From the NCBI GenBank assembly GCA_000934665.2, contig JYFJ02001221.1, positions 1-64,000 on the forward strand: DNA of 64,000 nucleotides, written 5' to 3'. Below the pieces are notes generated by a model. That model made no database searches. It was given only the letters and a program-made list of their open reading frames with translations, and was not told where the DNA came from. The number at the start of each line of letters is the position of its first letter. The first letter of the stretch is position 1. The translations under genes and the position numbers were made by a program. Of this stretch, positions 50,201 to 61,959 are shown in pieces. The stretch comes from Catajapyx aquilonaris. Taxonomy: Eukaryota.

Positions 50201-53200
50201 GGCCTTCACTTTATGATCTTTCTGATAAATTTGTGGGGATTGCAAGCATGACACGTTATTAAAATGAGGTCCTTGATATCTCAATTGTCTTTCTGCTCCA
50301 CCGGTATCCAGAAACCATGGCCACAACGGTTGACCACTCTTCTTCTGTACTCTCTGGCCTATTGGAGTCTCGTGGGTAGTTGCCTCTACTTCAACACTAC
50401 TCTGATCGACCAAAAAGGGCATCGAATTTACCTTAGGGACATGGTGTCAAATGCAATTCATCGCACCAACTGGAGCCAGCCCAGCACATTTTGGTACCAC
50501 CTGCTGGATGACATTGGAGAAGAAAATGTGGACGAAGCTTTCCGAGTGTTGGGATTGCCTCCAGAAGTGTCTCAGATTGAACTGAGGGCAAAGTGGAGGG
50601 AACTCTCGAAGGATTGGCATCCAGATAGGTTCAGTACAATGGATGAGAAGGAGGCTGCACAAAAGAAGTTTGTGGAAGTGCAACAGGCTTATGAAAGGCT
50701 GTCCACTGAGCGAGCGAGGAGGAGAAGGGCAAATGCTGCATACGAGTTTTGAAACGCCTCCCATGGCTCCTGGAATGTGACCAATGAACTGAATTTGCAT
50801 GGATGACATGTGAGATCAATGAAAAATGAATCGCATTAAAAACATTTTTCTTTGCTGGTATTGAGCCGAACACATTTTTGCATTTATATAATGTATACTA
50901 TACAATGTAAGTTGTAAGAGTTGATTATTTTATTGATCGGTTGATACCCCCCACTGAAAAATGCAAATGAAATGTCATGGAATACTAAGCATACTGAGAC
51001 GCACATATGATCTGCTATAACCTAGAATACAGTTTTTGCTGAGTTGCATTTTTTGCCAACCATATTTCATGCTTGCAAAGCCATTACTCACAAGTACTTG
51101 TGTCCTATAACATTATCACTTATCTGCATTTTAGAAGGTATTGAAACCTAACAAAAGGCTCAGATGCTCTTACAAGACCAGTCATGTTGCTCTTATGGAT
51201 TTCTGTGATATTCAAAGTAGGGGTCACTCGGGTCACTTCTAACATGTAAGTATAGCATGTAACATATTTGATGTAGAATTCAATGAGGCATGGGAAAAAT
51301 AATGCAACCAAAGTTCAGTCATCTTACTTTCAGAAATCATACTTGTTTTGTCACGAATGCAAGACTATTTGAAAGGCTTGCAATATCGAATGGTATCTCA
51401 GACAATTTGTTATATCATGTTTTTTTTGTTTTTAAAATCCTTGGCTTATCTGTGATTATTATCAATAGGCCTGATATGTAACACGTGTCACACCTTTTAG
51501 TGACTGTGCCTCCAAAAGAGCTTATTGTTTCATGACCTTCCAATGAAGTAGCCCTTTACAATGCAAAAGTTGCATTTGTAAAAGGGCAAGGTGTACTTTG
51601 CTTCCTAGATGCATGGGCACGTGATACATTTGTGTGCCAGTGAAATGTCCAAAGTTCAATCCCCTGGTCATGTCCAGTTCCTTAGGTGACCTATATGCAA
51701 GATTTCCTTACACGATATGCACAGTGGGGTACGATGTGATTTTTTAAAAAGGTGGTCCAAAGTCTGAAAATTGAACTTTTCATTAAGCTGCGAACTTGTA
51801 TTTGGGCATAATCACATGTGTCCTGCCTATCATAATGTGAAATGTTTTTGATCAAGGCGCTGTAGTTATGATTGTAAGAAAGGTACAGTAATGTTTTTTT
51901 TTCTTTTTTTCCGTTTTGAAATTCATATACTATCACATACCCAGGTACCACTGTTTGAAATTTTCTTGAAGCCAGATATAACCATATAGCCCATGGTGAA
52001 ACTTATATAAGTTATCCAATATTTTATTACAATACATTTATTGAAGAAAGTGATGCTTACTGAATCGAGTTATAATGAGGTCCTTTGGGTATTTCTACGA
52101 TTTATATTCCTGTATGAGAATACTTTTTTCCAGCTTTTTGCAATTCTACCTCACTGTGCAGGGCACTGGTTTTAGGAATCACAATAGCATATGAAAGACA
52201 CAAAACCAAAGGGTTTAGTAGCTTCAGAATTGGAAGTCTATGGCCAACCAAATCTTGTTAACCAACCACCATGAAGTGGAACCTTTTTTTCCCCTGGTGG
52301 TACTGTTTTTCTGATACCCATGGAAGTCACTTTCACTTGTCACGTTAGTGGGGTCTTCTGGGCATTTCTGTCATGGTCCAGAGGCAACATTTTTTCCTCC
52401 TCATTCCTTCACTCCCAATTGCCACTGTGCTTCAGGAGGGTGTCGTGCTGAAGAGGAGATTGGGGGTAATACTTTTCAAAGCAGGAAAGGGAATGGGAGA
52501 AAGCTTTAAGGCTTTCTCTGGTCCCTTCTCTGTTCCCAAAGTTAAAATTCCAGGGTTTATTGGTCTGCACTAATCTGTTGGCCAGTGTAGTCTAATATGA
52601 GAAAATTGATTTAGAATAGGAAGAGAAATCGCATCATCATCGCCACAAGTTACTGTAACGGAAAGAAAGTCTCAGTTTTTTTTTTGTCATGTGGGCTTTT
52701 TCATTGGCATAAAACATTATGGGTCATTAAGTCATTTAAGTGAAGACTGAAGAATCTCATGCAATGAGGAAACAGATTATCATTGTTCACTAGGTATGAT
52801 TGTGATGAGGTGTGCTGGTAAGAATCATGCAGTCTAGTGGTACAGTTGCAATAAAATAATTGTTTTATGCTTTTATGGGACATTTTTTTCTTGTACCTGC
52901 AAAACTTTTCTGAAACACTATAAATTGGACTATACACTCTGACAGGCGAAATAGTGAAATTGGAATTACAGTTGCTAGTATCCCTTATGTTTCCTATTTT
53001 CACTGTATTTCTACAGTACCCCCCTGAGATAACTGTATTAAGCTTTCTATAATTCAATGTCATCAACCTAAGAATGCAGTAGCTTAATGAAATAACTGCT
53101 GCAGCACATTTTGCAAGGTCAGTCATGGAAAGTTTGTGCCTGGTTTTTAGTTTTAAATTTCTACTTCAACAGACTATAAAGATAATGGATCACATGCCCC

Positions 53201-55406
53201 TGACACCATTGGTATATTACTTGAAGTGCAACACACTATTCAATCATTATTCACATATGTGACGTCAACCTTGCATGTTCAATTCTAAACATGTTTAACT
53301 TGCATTGTAATTAGTTCATTTGCACACTCATTGTTTTTGCTTTTTTTCCCCATTACCTCTTTTCCTATCCCAGCTGGAGCAAGGACGCTGAAGCTACAGC
53401 TAAGTTTTGCTGTTGGTAGTCTCCTTGGTGATGTCTTCCTTCATCTCCTGCCAGAAGCGTGGAACCATTTGCAAGAAGGTTTGTTATTTTCATATTTTCT
53501 GTAGCTTGGTACTTGTATCATAAAGTTGAGTCAAATGAAAGTGAGCCAGTCTATGATATGCGAACATGATTGTGAATCAATTGAGGAACAGTAATAGTAT
53601 ACGTTTTAGCCTTGGTAAGGTCCTTCCAAAACAAAATTTATTATCAATTGCAGCAAAAATTTAACATAATTTGGCAAAAATTAGTACCATTGAGAGGCCA
53701 TTATGAATTTAAAACAAATGATTTGCATGAACATGGTTGTTTTAGGAAGTCAAGATCCTCACAATGGCCACATGAGAATTGGGCTGTGGGTCCTGGCAGG
53801 CATCTTTGTCTTCAACTTAATTGAGATGCTGGTCCAGAGGCAATCTGAAGAGGAGGAGGAGCAGAAAGATGTTGTGGAGGTGTCTCACAGAAATGGGAAA
53901 GCCACACTGAACAACAATGTTGCACAGAAAAAGAAACCAGACTTCACCAATGGATGCTGCAATCATGACAATTCACATGTTGAGTATGTCCCAGAGACCA
54001 AAGCAAGCCAAAAGCAAGTGAGTACATTGTTTTCATGTATGCCCGCTCTAGTGTAGGTTAGTGTATCAGCCACTAGCAATAGTGCAATTGCAAGAAGGGC
54101 ATTTACAATATACCTGCATGCATTGCATGATTATGGAATTACCTTTTCATAACGTTTGCCCACAGATAGCAGGCTACCTCAACCTAGTGGCGAACAGCAT
54201 AGACAATTTTGCCCATGGCCTGGCCGTGGCAGGTTCCTTCCTGGTGGGTCCCCGTGTGGGTCTCATCACCACAGCAGCCATCCTCCTGCATGAGGTGCCC
54301 CATGAGTTGGGGGACTTTGCCATTCTCCTCAGAGCAGGGTTTGACCGGTGGGCAGCAGCCAGGGCACAACTGGCCACTGCCACCGTTGGCATTCTGGGAG
54401 CCCTTGCTGCTCTCAATGCGGATGATTGCCATGCCCTCAGTGAGTGAATAATTTCTAGTTTCCAAGTTTTTCAAGGCAATGAATGCGCAAGGAAGGAAGT
54501 TGAGTTTGAAGCAATTTAGAAAAGGGACGTGGCGAGGCGATGATTTGCTGTACAGTTTATGTGATACTTTCAGGTTGCATGCATCCTGCCACCAAAAAAG
54601 TTACATGAGCATTGGACACATAGTGAAAGGGCTTTTAGGTAACTTCGGAAACTGAATTACACTTATGACATAATATTGCAGACAGTTCGAATTTTACAAG
54701 ATTAAAAAAGCTGTGAAATGTAGAAACCTTTGGAAACGGAGAGTGTCAGGCCACAGAAACCACACTACACTGGCTTGTGGTCATTTATGGCTGTAGCATT
54801 GTAAAGGTGGCTTTCGTTGTGTAAAGCATTTGCACTCTCTCTGTGAATCCGGAAATTGGGACTTGATTGTGTAACTTATAAAGAGATTTTTTTTGAATAC
54901 TTGTTGATGTGCAATGAATCATAACAAGAGACATTTGAAGCATGCTAAAATTACATAACTGAGACCACTGGCTTACCAGACAGTTTTTCTTAGTTTTTTG
55001 AGTTGAGGGTGTACACTCCTCTTTGCTATTACCCCCAAATGCTTTGGTTGCATATCTTCAATGTGCTTATTTCAGTTTAAATGAGTAAACAGTGTCATAA
55101 GGTTATCCATGCTACCAGGATCAATGTATTTGCTGATATTTTCACGCCATGGTAGAAATAGAGGTCACCCTTATATATAAGTACGTCATTCCTAACTTGC
55201 TAGATCATTATAATTTTGAAACGTTTTCAGGTGACAAAACAGCATGGATCCTCCCCTTTACAGCTGGAGGATTCATCAACATAGCCCTTGTGAATGTCCT
55301 TCCTGACCTTTTGAAAGAGGATGACCCAAGAGAATCAGTCAAGCAGCTTGGAAGCCTTTTAGGAGGAGTTGCTGTCATCGCATTAGTGACATTTATCTGT
55401 GTCTGA
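44269..55406 (+). CDS. SLC39A13: Zinc/iron transporter ZIP13 (LIV-1 subfamily), about 376 aa
   Basis: Exons 44269-44572, 53374-53478, 53746-54017, 54166-54439, 55231-55406, in phase. Motifs GILPLLVIP, LSFAVGSLLGDVFLHLLPEAW, GYLNLVANSIDNFAHGLAVAGSF, HEVPHELGDF and ILPFTAGGF. The DNF(A/T)HG signature and lack of a His-rich N-terminus favour ZIP13 over ZIP7. Confidence 0.92.
46681..47147 (-). CDS. Hypothetical 86 aa three-exon orphan ORF nested antisense in ZIP13 intron 1
   Basis: CAAA-ATG at 47147; exons 47147-46965, 46836-46765, 46686-46681 with GT-AG introns in phase 0; minus-strand AATAAA at 46470-46465. No homology recognised. Confidence 0.3.
49360..50752 (+). CDS. DNAJC22: DnaJ homolog subfamily C member 22 (Drosophila wurst), TM2 plus J domain, about 341 aa, nested in ZIP13 intron 1
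   Basis: Exons 49360-49944 and 50312-50752. N-terminal TM2 motif KSLLVSYLLWILGGIWGLHHLYLGR, several TM segments, C-terminal J domain with HPD (DWHPDRF...AQKKFVEVQQAYERLS). An in-frame upstream ATG exists at 49252. Confidence 0.92.
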
Positions 55407-57169
55407 GGACTTGATGGAGTATGTGAACAAATTTACTGGCATTCATTAAAACGATGGGTGCCCTGGGAGACATGTTCAAGTGTTCAACTTGTGCCCAGTG
55501 ACATTTTAAACTCTTATATTGTTTCACTTTTTTTTTGTGGTGAACCAGAATGATTAATGTCATGTCAGAGTCCTTACCAATCAATCAACTCAATTAACTG
55601 TGATAATTTTTTTAGACCATACAGGAGCTGAATTAAGGTGCTATTTGTTGTACAGACGAAATACCCCTCCCCTTTTGTTTGTCCTTTGCAATACTACTCT
55701 GCTGCTTTGCCTTTTCTAAATGTTCTCCTCTCTTCCCAAGTATTAGCAATTTTGACCACATTTCTGAGCTGGAGATTAATATTCTACAGAGAAATTGCCA
55801 GAATGAAGCACCCTTTTCTTGACCAGTCATGTCTCACCGGTCACCGCCTCAGTTATTCATTAGACGCACTTGTAGAACAGGATCCAGGCAAGTCAGATTT
55901 CAGTGAATTTTCAATGTCATAACAGATTCAGGTATATTAATAGCAGCTATAATGGAATTAATCACACCATAGGACATGTACTGACGGAACTAATGACACG
56001 CTTAGAGCTTGTCCAGGGAAAAATTAATCTGCACCAAATTATAGCATTGAAGGTAACTTGTATTTAGTGAAAGTAAATTTATATAAAAGGGCATGGCAAT
56101 GACACAGACACTTCCAAGGTCACCTCAGTTTTGCCACAATTGAACTTGGCAATTTTAGATCCCAGGCCCATCAATTTGACTATTGCTACTGACAACAACA
56201 CCATCACGACATTTTCCTATAAAGGGTAGTCAGCAATGAAGGGAGACGCAAGTTAACCTGGTTTTTTAAATTGCTACTGACAGCAGTAGTAATTCATTTG
56301 GATGTTCAAGTAGTAGGCCTACTATTATTTAATGTACTTTGGTAAAAAGAGAATTTTATCCAATCACTGGCAGGTTGATAGAACCTGTTTTTATGCTCGA
56401 AATAGACAAGTCTTGTTAGATTGGCAAACTCCGGGTAGCTGACTGGCTGTTCTTGTCTTACCCCAGCCAGAACCTTTCTGGAGGTGTTGGGGGAACATGG
56501 CTGCTAAAGTGTGGAACATCTGGCAGATTCTGTTAAGAAACTCTGGTTATGAGCTTGTAACACTTCCGACCCTATTAATAACAACTCTTTTCAGCCAAAG
56601 AATGTTTAATTAACATATATTTCTTGCAAAGAAAGTAGTATTTACATTCTGCATTTTTTGACTGGAAAGCAGTATTAGGTTTATCATGCTGCATTTAAAC
56701 CATATTTAACTGATGATGAAGAAAAAAGAACAAATTAGCAATTTTTAAAAAAACTCAAATGCTGTATGTAATGCATATATTTATTGTAATTGGGGTTTGC
56801 TTGCACCGAATGATTGAAGCTCACTTTGTAGGCATGAGTTTTGGAAATATAGTAGCTAAAAACATTTAAATGATAGAAGTTTAGAAGAATGAGAAGTCTT
56901 CCTATTGTTAATTATTAACTGTACAAAGGATTGTAAGTAATTTGTATATCTTCAATGGTTAATGTCATTACAGTATATTTTTCAATATGGACTTATTGGA
57001 AATGATTTTTGAAAAAAAGTTCCTTTTATGCCGCCCAATGTTAAGGGCTGCTTCATGTAAGTAACGATTATATTTCATGTACATGGGAACAGGGAAGAAT
57101 ACTATTGTATAATCCCAATAAACGCTGACACATCTTCAGGAAGTGCAGCCAAATGGAATGCGTCAGTCT

Positions 57170-60100
57170 TTACAACTTTTCAGTCTGGACATCTGCAAGC
57201 CAAGACTCCAAGTGGTCTCCCAGTTGATCCACAAGCAGTAGGAATGGGTCAGGAGTCACCTTCGTTTCTGTAGAAAAAGAATTTGCTAAATTGGGGAATC
57301 CCTGCTGAACTCTGACCAATAAGGCAAGGTTGCATCACTCATGGTACATAATTTTTGTTTTGTTTTTCCTTTTATACCATTATTTTATTGTTGCCAACAA
57401 GTAATAACAAGCAGAAATGGGCTATTTTGATATAACGCAAGCCGTGCAACCTTGCCTAAGAATGTTGATTCTAAATTGTCATGAATGAAGAGCAAAGGAG
57501 AATCAAGAGCAAGTAGCAACTAAATATCCCACCAAACTGTTCCTTCAAACTGGTTACAGGAGTAAACAATCCACAACTTCTCCTAATGAAATGTGCACCA
57601 TCCTGTGGGCATATTTCCAAAATAATCAAAACTCACCAACACTGGTAGGGAAAGCATCCTGCAAAGCTTGACTCAAACTGTCAATCTCCGCATCACTCTC
57701 CTGGCTGCTTTTGCTCTGGTCCTGATGCGAACCTGAACCTGGGAATTCCTTCGCAGCACTACTGTTATCAGGGCTGTCATCCTGCAGGCCTTGGATTACC
57801 TTCTGCAGGTTCTGCAGCTGTGTCTTGAGTCCCACAGGAAGAGGTGCTTTTATGCCTCTCACGTGGGATTCCAGCAGGCTGAATACGAAATTGAGGAAAT
57901 TTCAATATACGCAAGCAGGCAGAAAGCACATAGTTTAAAAACATGTGTTTAGAATGAATATAGGTAGAATGTTAAGGTGTGATCAAAATAGATCATTTAT
58001 CCAAGTTTCTCAAGAAGCTACCAGAAAGGCTGGAATTAATTTTAAAGATGACGCAAACATTCATCATGAAGTTTAGAATGCGATAAATCTGACCCCATTT
58101 CATCCTGCAGTCTTCTGAGCACCCCTTCCAGGTCCATCCACTGTTCCACCTGCTCTTCTTGGTCCAAAAGAAGTGTCCTGGAGGGCCATTCCTCTGCTGG
58201 TGGCAATTCTCCATAATTGTTCCCTTCTTCTTCGTCCTCGTCCTCATCCTCCTCAACCAACACACTCAGCTGCCCTGCCCCAATGTTAGGCTCCAATGGA
58301 AGGAACCTCCTCTTTTGTTGGCCTTTCCTTCCCTTTGCACCCCTGACCCAGTGCCAGAGGAGCTTGATTACCGCTCTCAGAGTAGTGGAAGCTCCACTTT
58401 GTATGCAGTGCTCTAAAACTGGGTGCGTGTTTTTGTGGCCTCGAGTGACTCCTAATTCACCCGTGAGGAAACAGGACTGGCACAGGTCAAGGCGCAGGCA
58501 ACGCAGGCACTGGTACCGAAGTCCTTGGATTGGATGGGCACCACACGAGCCACAGCTCGCCTCATGTAAAACTGTACAAATGACATGTTATGTCAACTGG
58601 AGTATTAAAACAAGTCGACATCTCAATACATCTACACTAGCATGCGGGACACTTTTCAAAGAAATCTTTACTTGATTAAAAGAAGTCAACTATGTTCACC
58701 TACCGTGAGCAGCAGCTTGCATTCGATACAGAGTGGACCACCAGGCTATAAGCTGTGGCTCACACAACATCCATCGAATAAAAGCATCTTCAGTTAGTCC
58801 TGTCGAGTCGGACTGAAGCCTGGAATGAGCCTTTGTATGATCGAAGCAGGATCGTATTGCCGCTGAGAGTAAGGGAGTTCCAAAGGAGAGTCCCTCTGAG
58901 AGGTGATCAGGGAGTCGGGCCACATGGGTCAGAACGGAGTTCAGGGCCTTTGGACTCAGGCGGAGGTCATGGTCACACGCTTGGGAGAACAGGAACCGCA
59001 GCTTGTCCTGCAGCCTTCCACTTCCAGTCATCACCACAGTAAACGCTTTCACTTCATTTAAATTCACCTGCTTCCGGTGTTTCCTGAAAGAAACACTGCA
59101 TTACCACAAGCTGACCTGTCAATTAATGATGCAAGTAAAAGTGTTGCAGATTGTGCTTGGTTGCACTATTTTCCAATGCTCTCTCAGTATGTCCACATAA
59201 ACATTGAGCGCACAGAAAAGATCTCATGCATTAATATTAAGAAATGCTCTTCATAAACAGTACTACACTGTACAGTACTCCCAATTTTCTGGGTGTGGAT
59301 TATCTGTGCATGGCTAAAACAAATCAAAGTTCGACAAATGTGAATTTTTCTCGCAAACAAAGAAATATAACAGACTTTTCCCTTAATACAAACTAAAAAC
59401 CTTCAGAAATTTTTCTAATTTGGATTAAATCTGATTTAAAGCAAAATACAGTATGAACTGTACAGTCCTTTATTTAACACCTGTGAATAGCTCATTTTAC
59501 GGTGTCTAGGAGCTAGGACCATTTCCCGATTAACGGTGGGTTTCCGTTTATCCAGCAACACCCGTGCAGCCATTAGCCTGGATAATTGGGAGTACAGTGT
59601 ACTATCATGACTTATGTAACGATTTTAAGTTATTACTTGTTGTAGACATTCAAAAACAAGTTGAGCGTGAGTTCAGCGGCCAGAGCAAGTTGTTTGGCTG
59701 CAGGTCGGTTGGCCCGGGTCTGTGCTGAGCTTTGGAGGATTGAGTTGAGAAGTTGGAGCAATTCTGCACAATCCAGACGCACCTCAGGCTGCCTTCCCAT
59801 CAGCCCATTTTGACTCAGGGAGGCAACAACACAGTCCAGGTGGACTTCTTTCCCTGCCAGACAAAGACAAACTTATGTAACACAAAAATATCACATTGAA
59901 ATAGCGTTGAGAAAAGTGACAGCATTATTATGGCTCCTCAGTAAGTTTGAAAATTAATATTATCTCAAAACCTCTACCCCTAACTACCCCATTTTGAACT
60001 GTTCAGATGTTGCTGCTGTTATTGTTAAGTGACCAACATGGCCACAGTGTTATTTTGAAGATATTCACCTTCCAAATGCGTAAAATGTTCGAGAAGCACT

Positions 60101-60543
60101 TAGGCAAATGAACACATTTGGTAGAGGAAATAGTTTTTAAAAAAATCCTTACAGAGCAGAGCTGACTGCAGGATGTTGATCTTCTTGGCAGTCCTGTAAG
60201 CAGCGTACTTGATGTTGTCGCAGGTAGCCAGCATCTTCTGCAGGTTGCCATAGTGCGGGTGGTCCCACTGGGTCGACCTCTCCCTGTGGCTGCAAAACAA
60301 GCCAAGCAATAAACCTTCCATCCTGTCACACAACAACCATGCCACGCGTATGTAATTCAACTGACTTGACATAGTATCTGACTCCCTGCTTGGCCTCCTT
60401 CGGCTCCCACTCCGGATACGAAACATCTGCGGACAGACAAGCCGGTGGTTATTCTAGCCTAGCTCCACTGCCCATATTCCCCTTCAATAATTATTACCCA
60501 GAGGAAAATCCACGTCCTTTTCGTACAGGTTGGAGAAGAACAT
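57170..60543 (-). CDS. Short dystrophin-family protein (WW, EF-hand, ZZ zinc finger, coiled coil), dystrotelin/DAH-like, about 552 aa
   Basis: Exons 60543-60498, 60426-60366, 60289-60153, 59853-59637, 59083-58704, 58571-58094, 57878-57637, 57267-57170, in phase. WW: WEPKEAKQGVRYYVNHRERSTQWDHP. EF region: IKYAAYRTAKK, LNLFLNVYN, DKLRFLF, EPQLIAW. ZZ: CGSC..HPIQGLRYQCLRCLRLDLCQSCF...HPVLEHC. Confidence 0.88.
59266..59599. mobile_element. TA-flanked MITE (CACTGT...ACAGTG termini) in an intron
   Basis: TA|CACTGTACAGTACTCCCAATT ... AATTGGGAGTACAGTG|TA. Confidence 0.65.
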
Positions 60544-61959
60544 TTTTCTTTTTCTCTCCCTCGTTTGGCGCCAACAGCCGAAGAAGCACAACGGACAGGA
60601 TGGGAATGGAGGGCCTAAAGCCACACAGCTGTTCTTCAACAATAGCCGTTACTCGCGGTTCATGTTGTGCCTAGATTGTAATTTGGCAGCACAAGCAATA
60701 TCTGACAACAATCGGTCCAGGATAAGTTGTGTGGCTTGTTCTGGGGCATTCAAGCCCTCCTGGTGCGGTTAAATGTTAAGATACGAGTGATAGAAAGAAA
60801 ATTCGCTGAAATAGCCGCTACTAATAATCGCCCTTTGCTTAATTCAGTAATGCCAATATTCTGAATTCACTAAAATTGCATTTTGCTCATCATTTATTTT
60901 TATTATGTTCACTATGATATGTCAGTTACCCAAGTAAAAAAATGTGCAATTGGCCAATTGACCGCAATTGACCCAAGTACCTATTGGCAACAGTGCGTCA
61001 CTTTGAAGCACAGCGGGAAATGACCGTGAAATGACTGAACCGCTTTCGTCCTTCATTTCCCAATTTGTAACCGTGAAATGCGATGGAATTGTCTGCTTTA
61101 GCCTTTTCTCTCTCCCTTATTCGTCCCCTTGTTCTTGTATCATCGTGTAGCATTGTGCTTCCCGTCTGAGAGTGGCGTTATGTAATCTGGATCAAGCAGC
61201 TCCAGATTTTGCTATCCCATACTCGCGTAATAGGCGCCAAATGTCCGTCCTCCTTTTTTTTGTCAGTTGATGGTCGTATCATAATGTAATAGCAAAAGGA
61301 GCGTATCTTCCCTTTTCCGACAACACTGGTAGGGCGGTGCGTCGTACAGTACCAGTGCTATTCCAGCTCGCTTCCGCCTGGCTTAGTCAACTTTAGCATG
61401 CAGTTCAGAGGTTTATTACCCCTTTTTACAGATTAGAGCCGTGAGTCACTTTCTTGTTCCTTTTAATAGTATTCGTTATCCGAAAACTCCTACGCAACTC
61501 CTGCGCAATTCATATCTAAAGTGCAATGAAATTTTCATACGTGACAATTTATAGCCGCGCACTCCCAACCTCAACAATGTCCCCCATGCACCGACTAATA
61601 CGACCCTATCTTATCGCAGCATATAGGTGACGAGTCGTGATCATTGGGAAACTCCCTTCGTTATCGACCCTAATTACTCAAACATCTGCCTCAGGTTTAT
61701 TGCACTCCTTGGGTCCGAAACAAGGTCGGGAATTGTTTGCCGGGGCTGCAAGTGACTGTCGGTTTTGTGTATACCTGACGGATTGGGCTCAAGGAAAATG
61801 TGTGTCGAATTAATCTCCGAGTGCTGCTAAGCGTGCCTTTGCAATTGGGCAAGGTTCGGTACCGGTACGTAACAAGCTCAGGGACGGTGATTGGTAGATT
61901 TCTTTTCCTTATGTGTACAGGAAGGACTTCTGATTAATAGTTTTTTTTTTAAAGGGGGA

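Noticed and set aside
60366..60426. ORF-track start MFRIRSGSRR for the dystrophin-like gene
   Set aside because: That ATG follows a splice acceptor; another frame encodes the WW domain and joins both neighbouring exons in phase.
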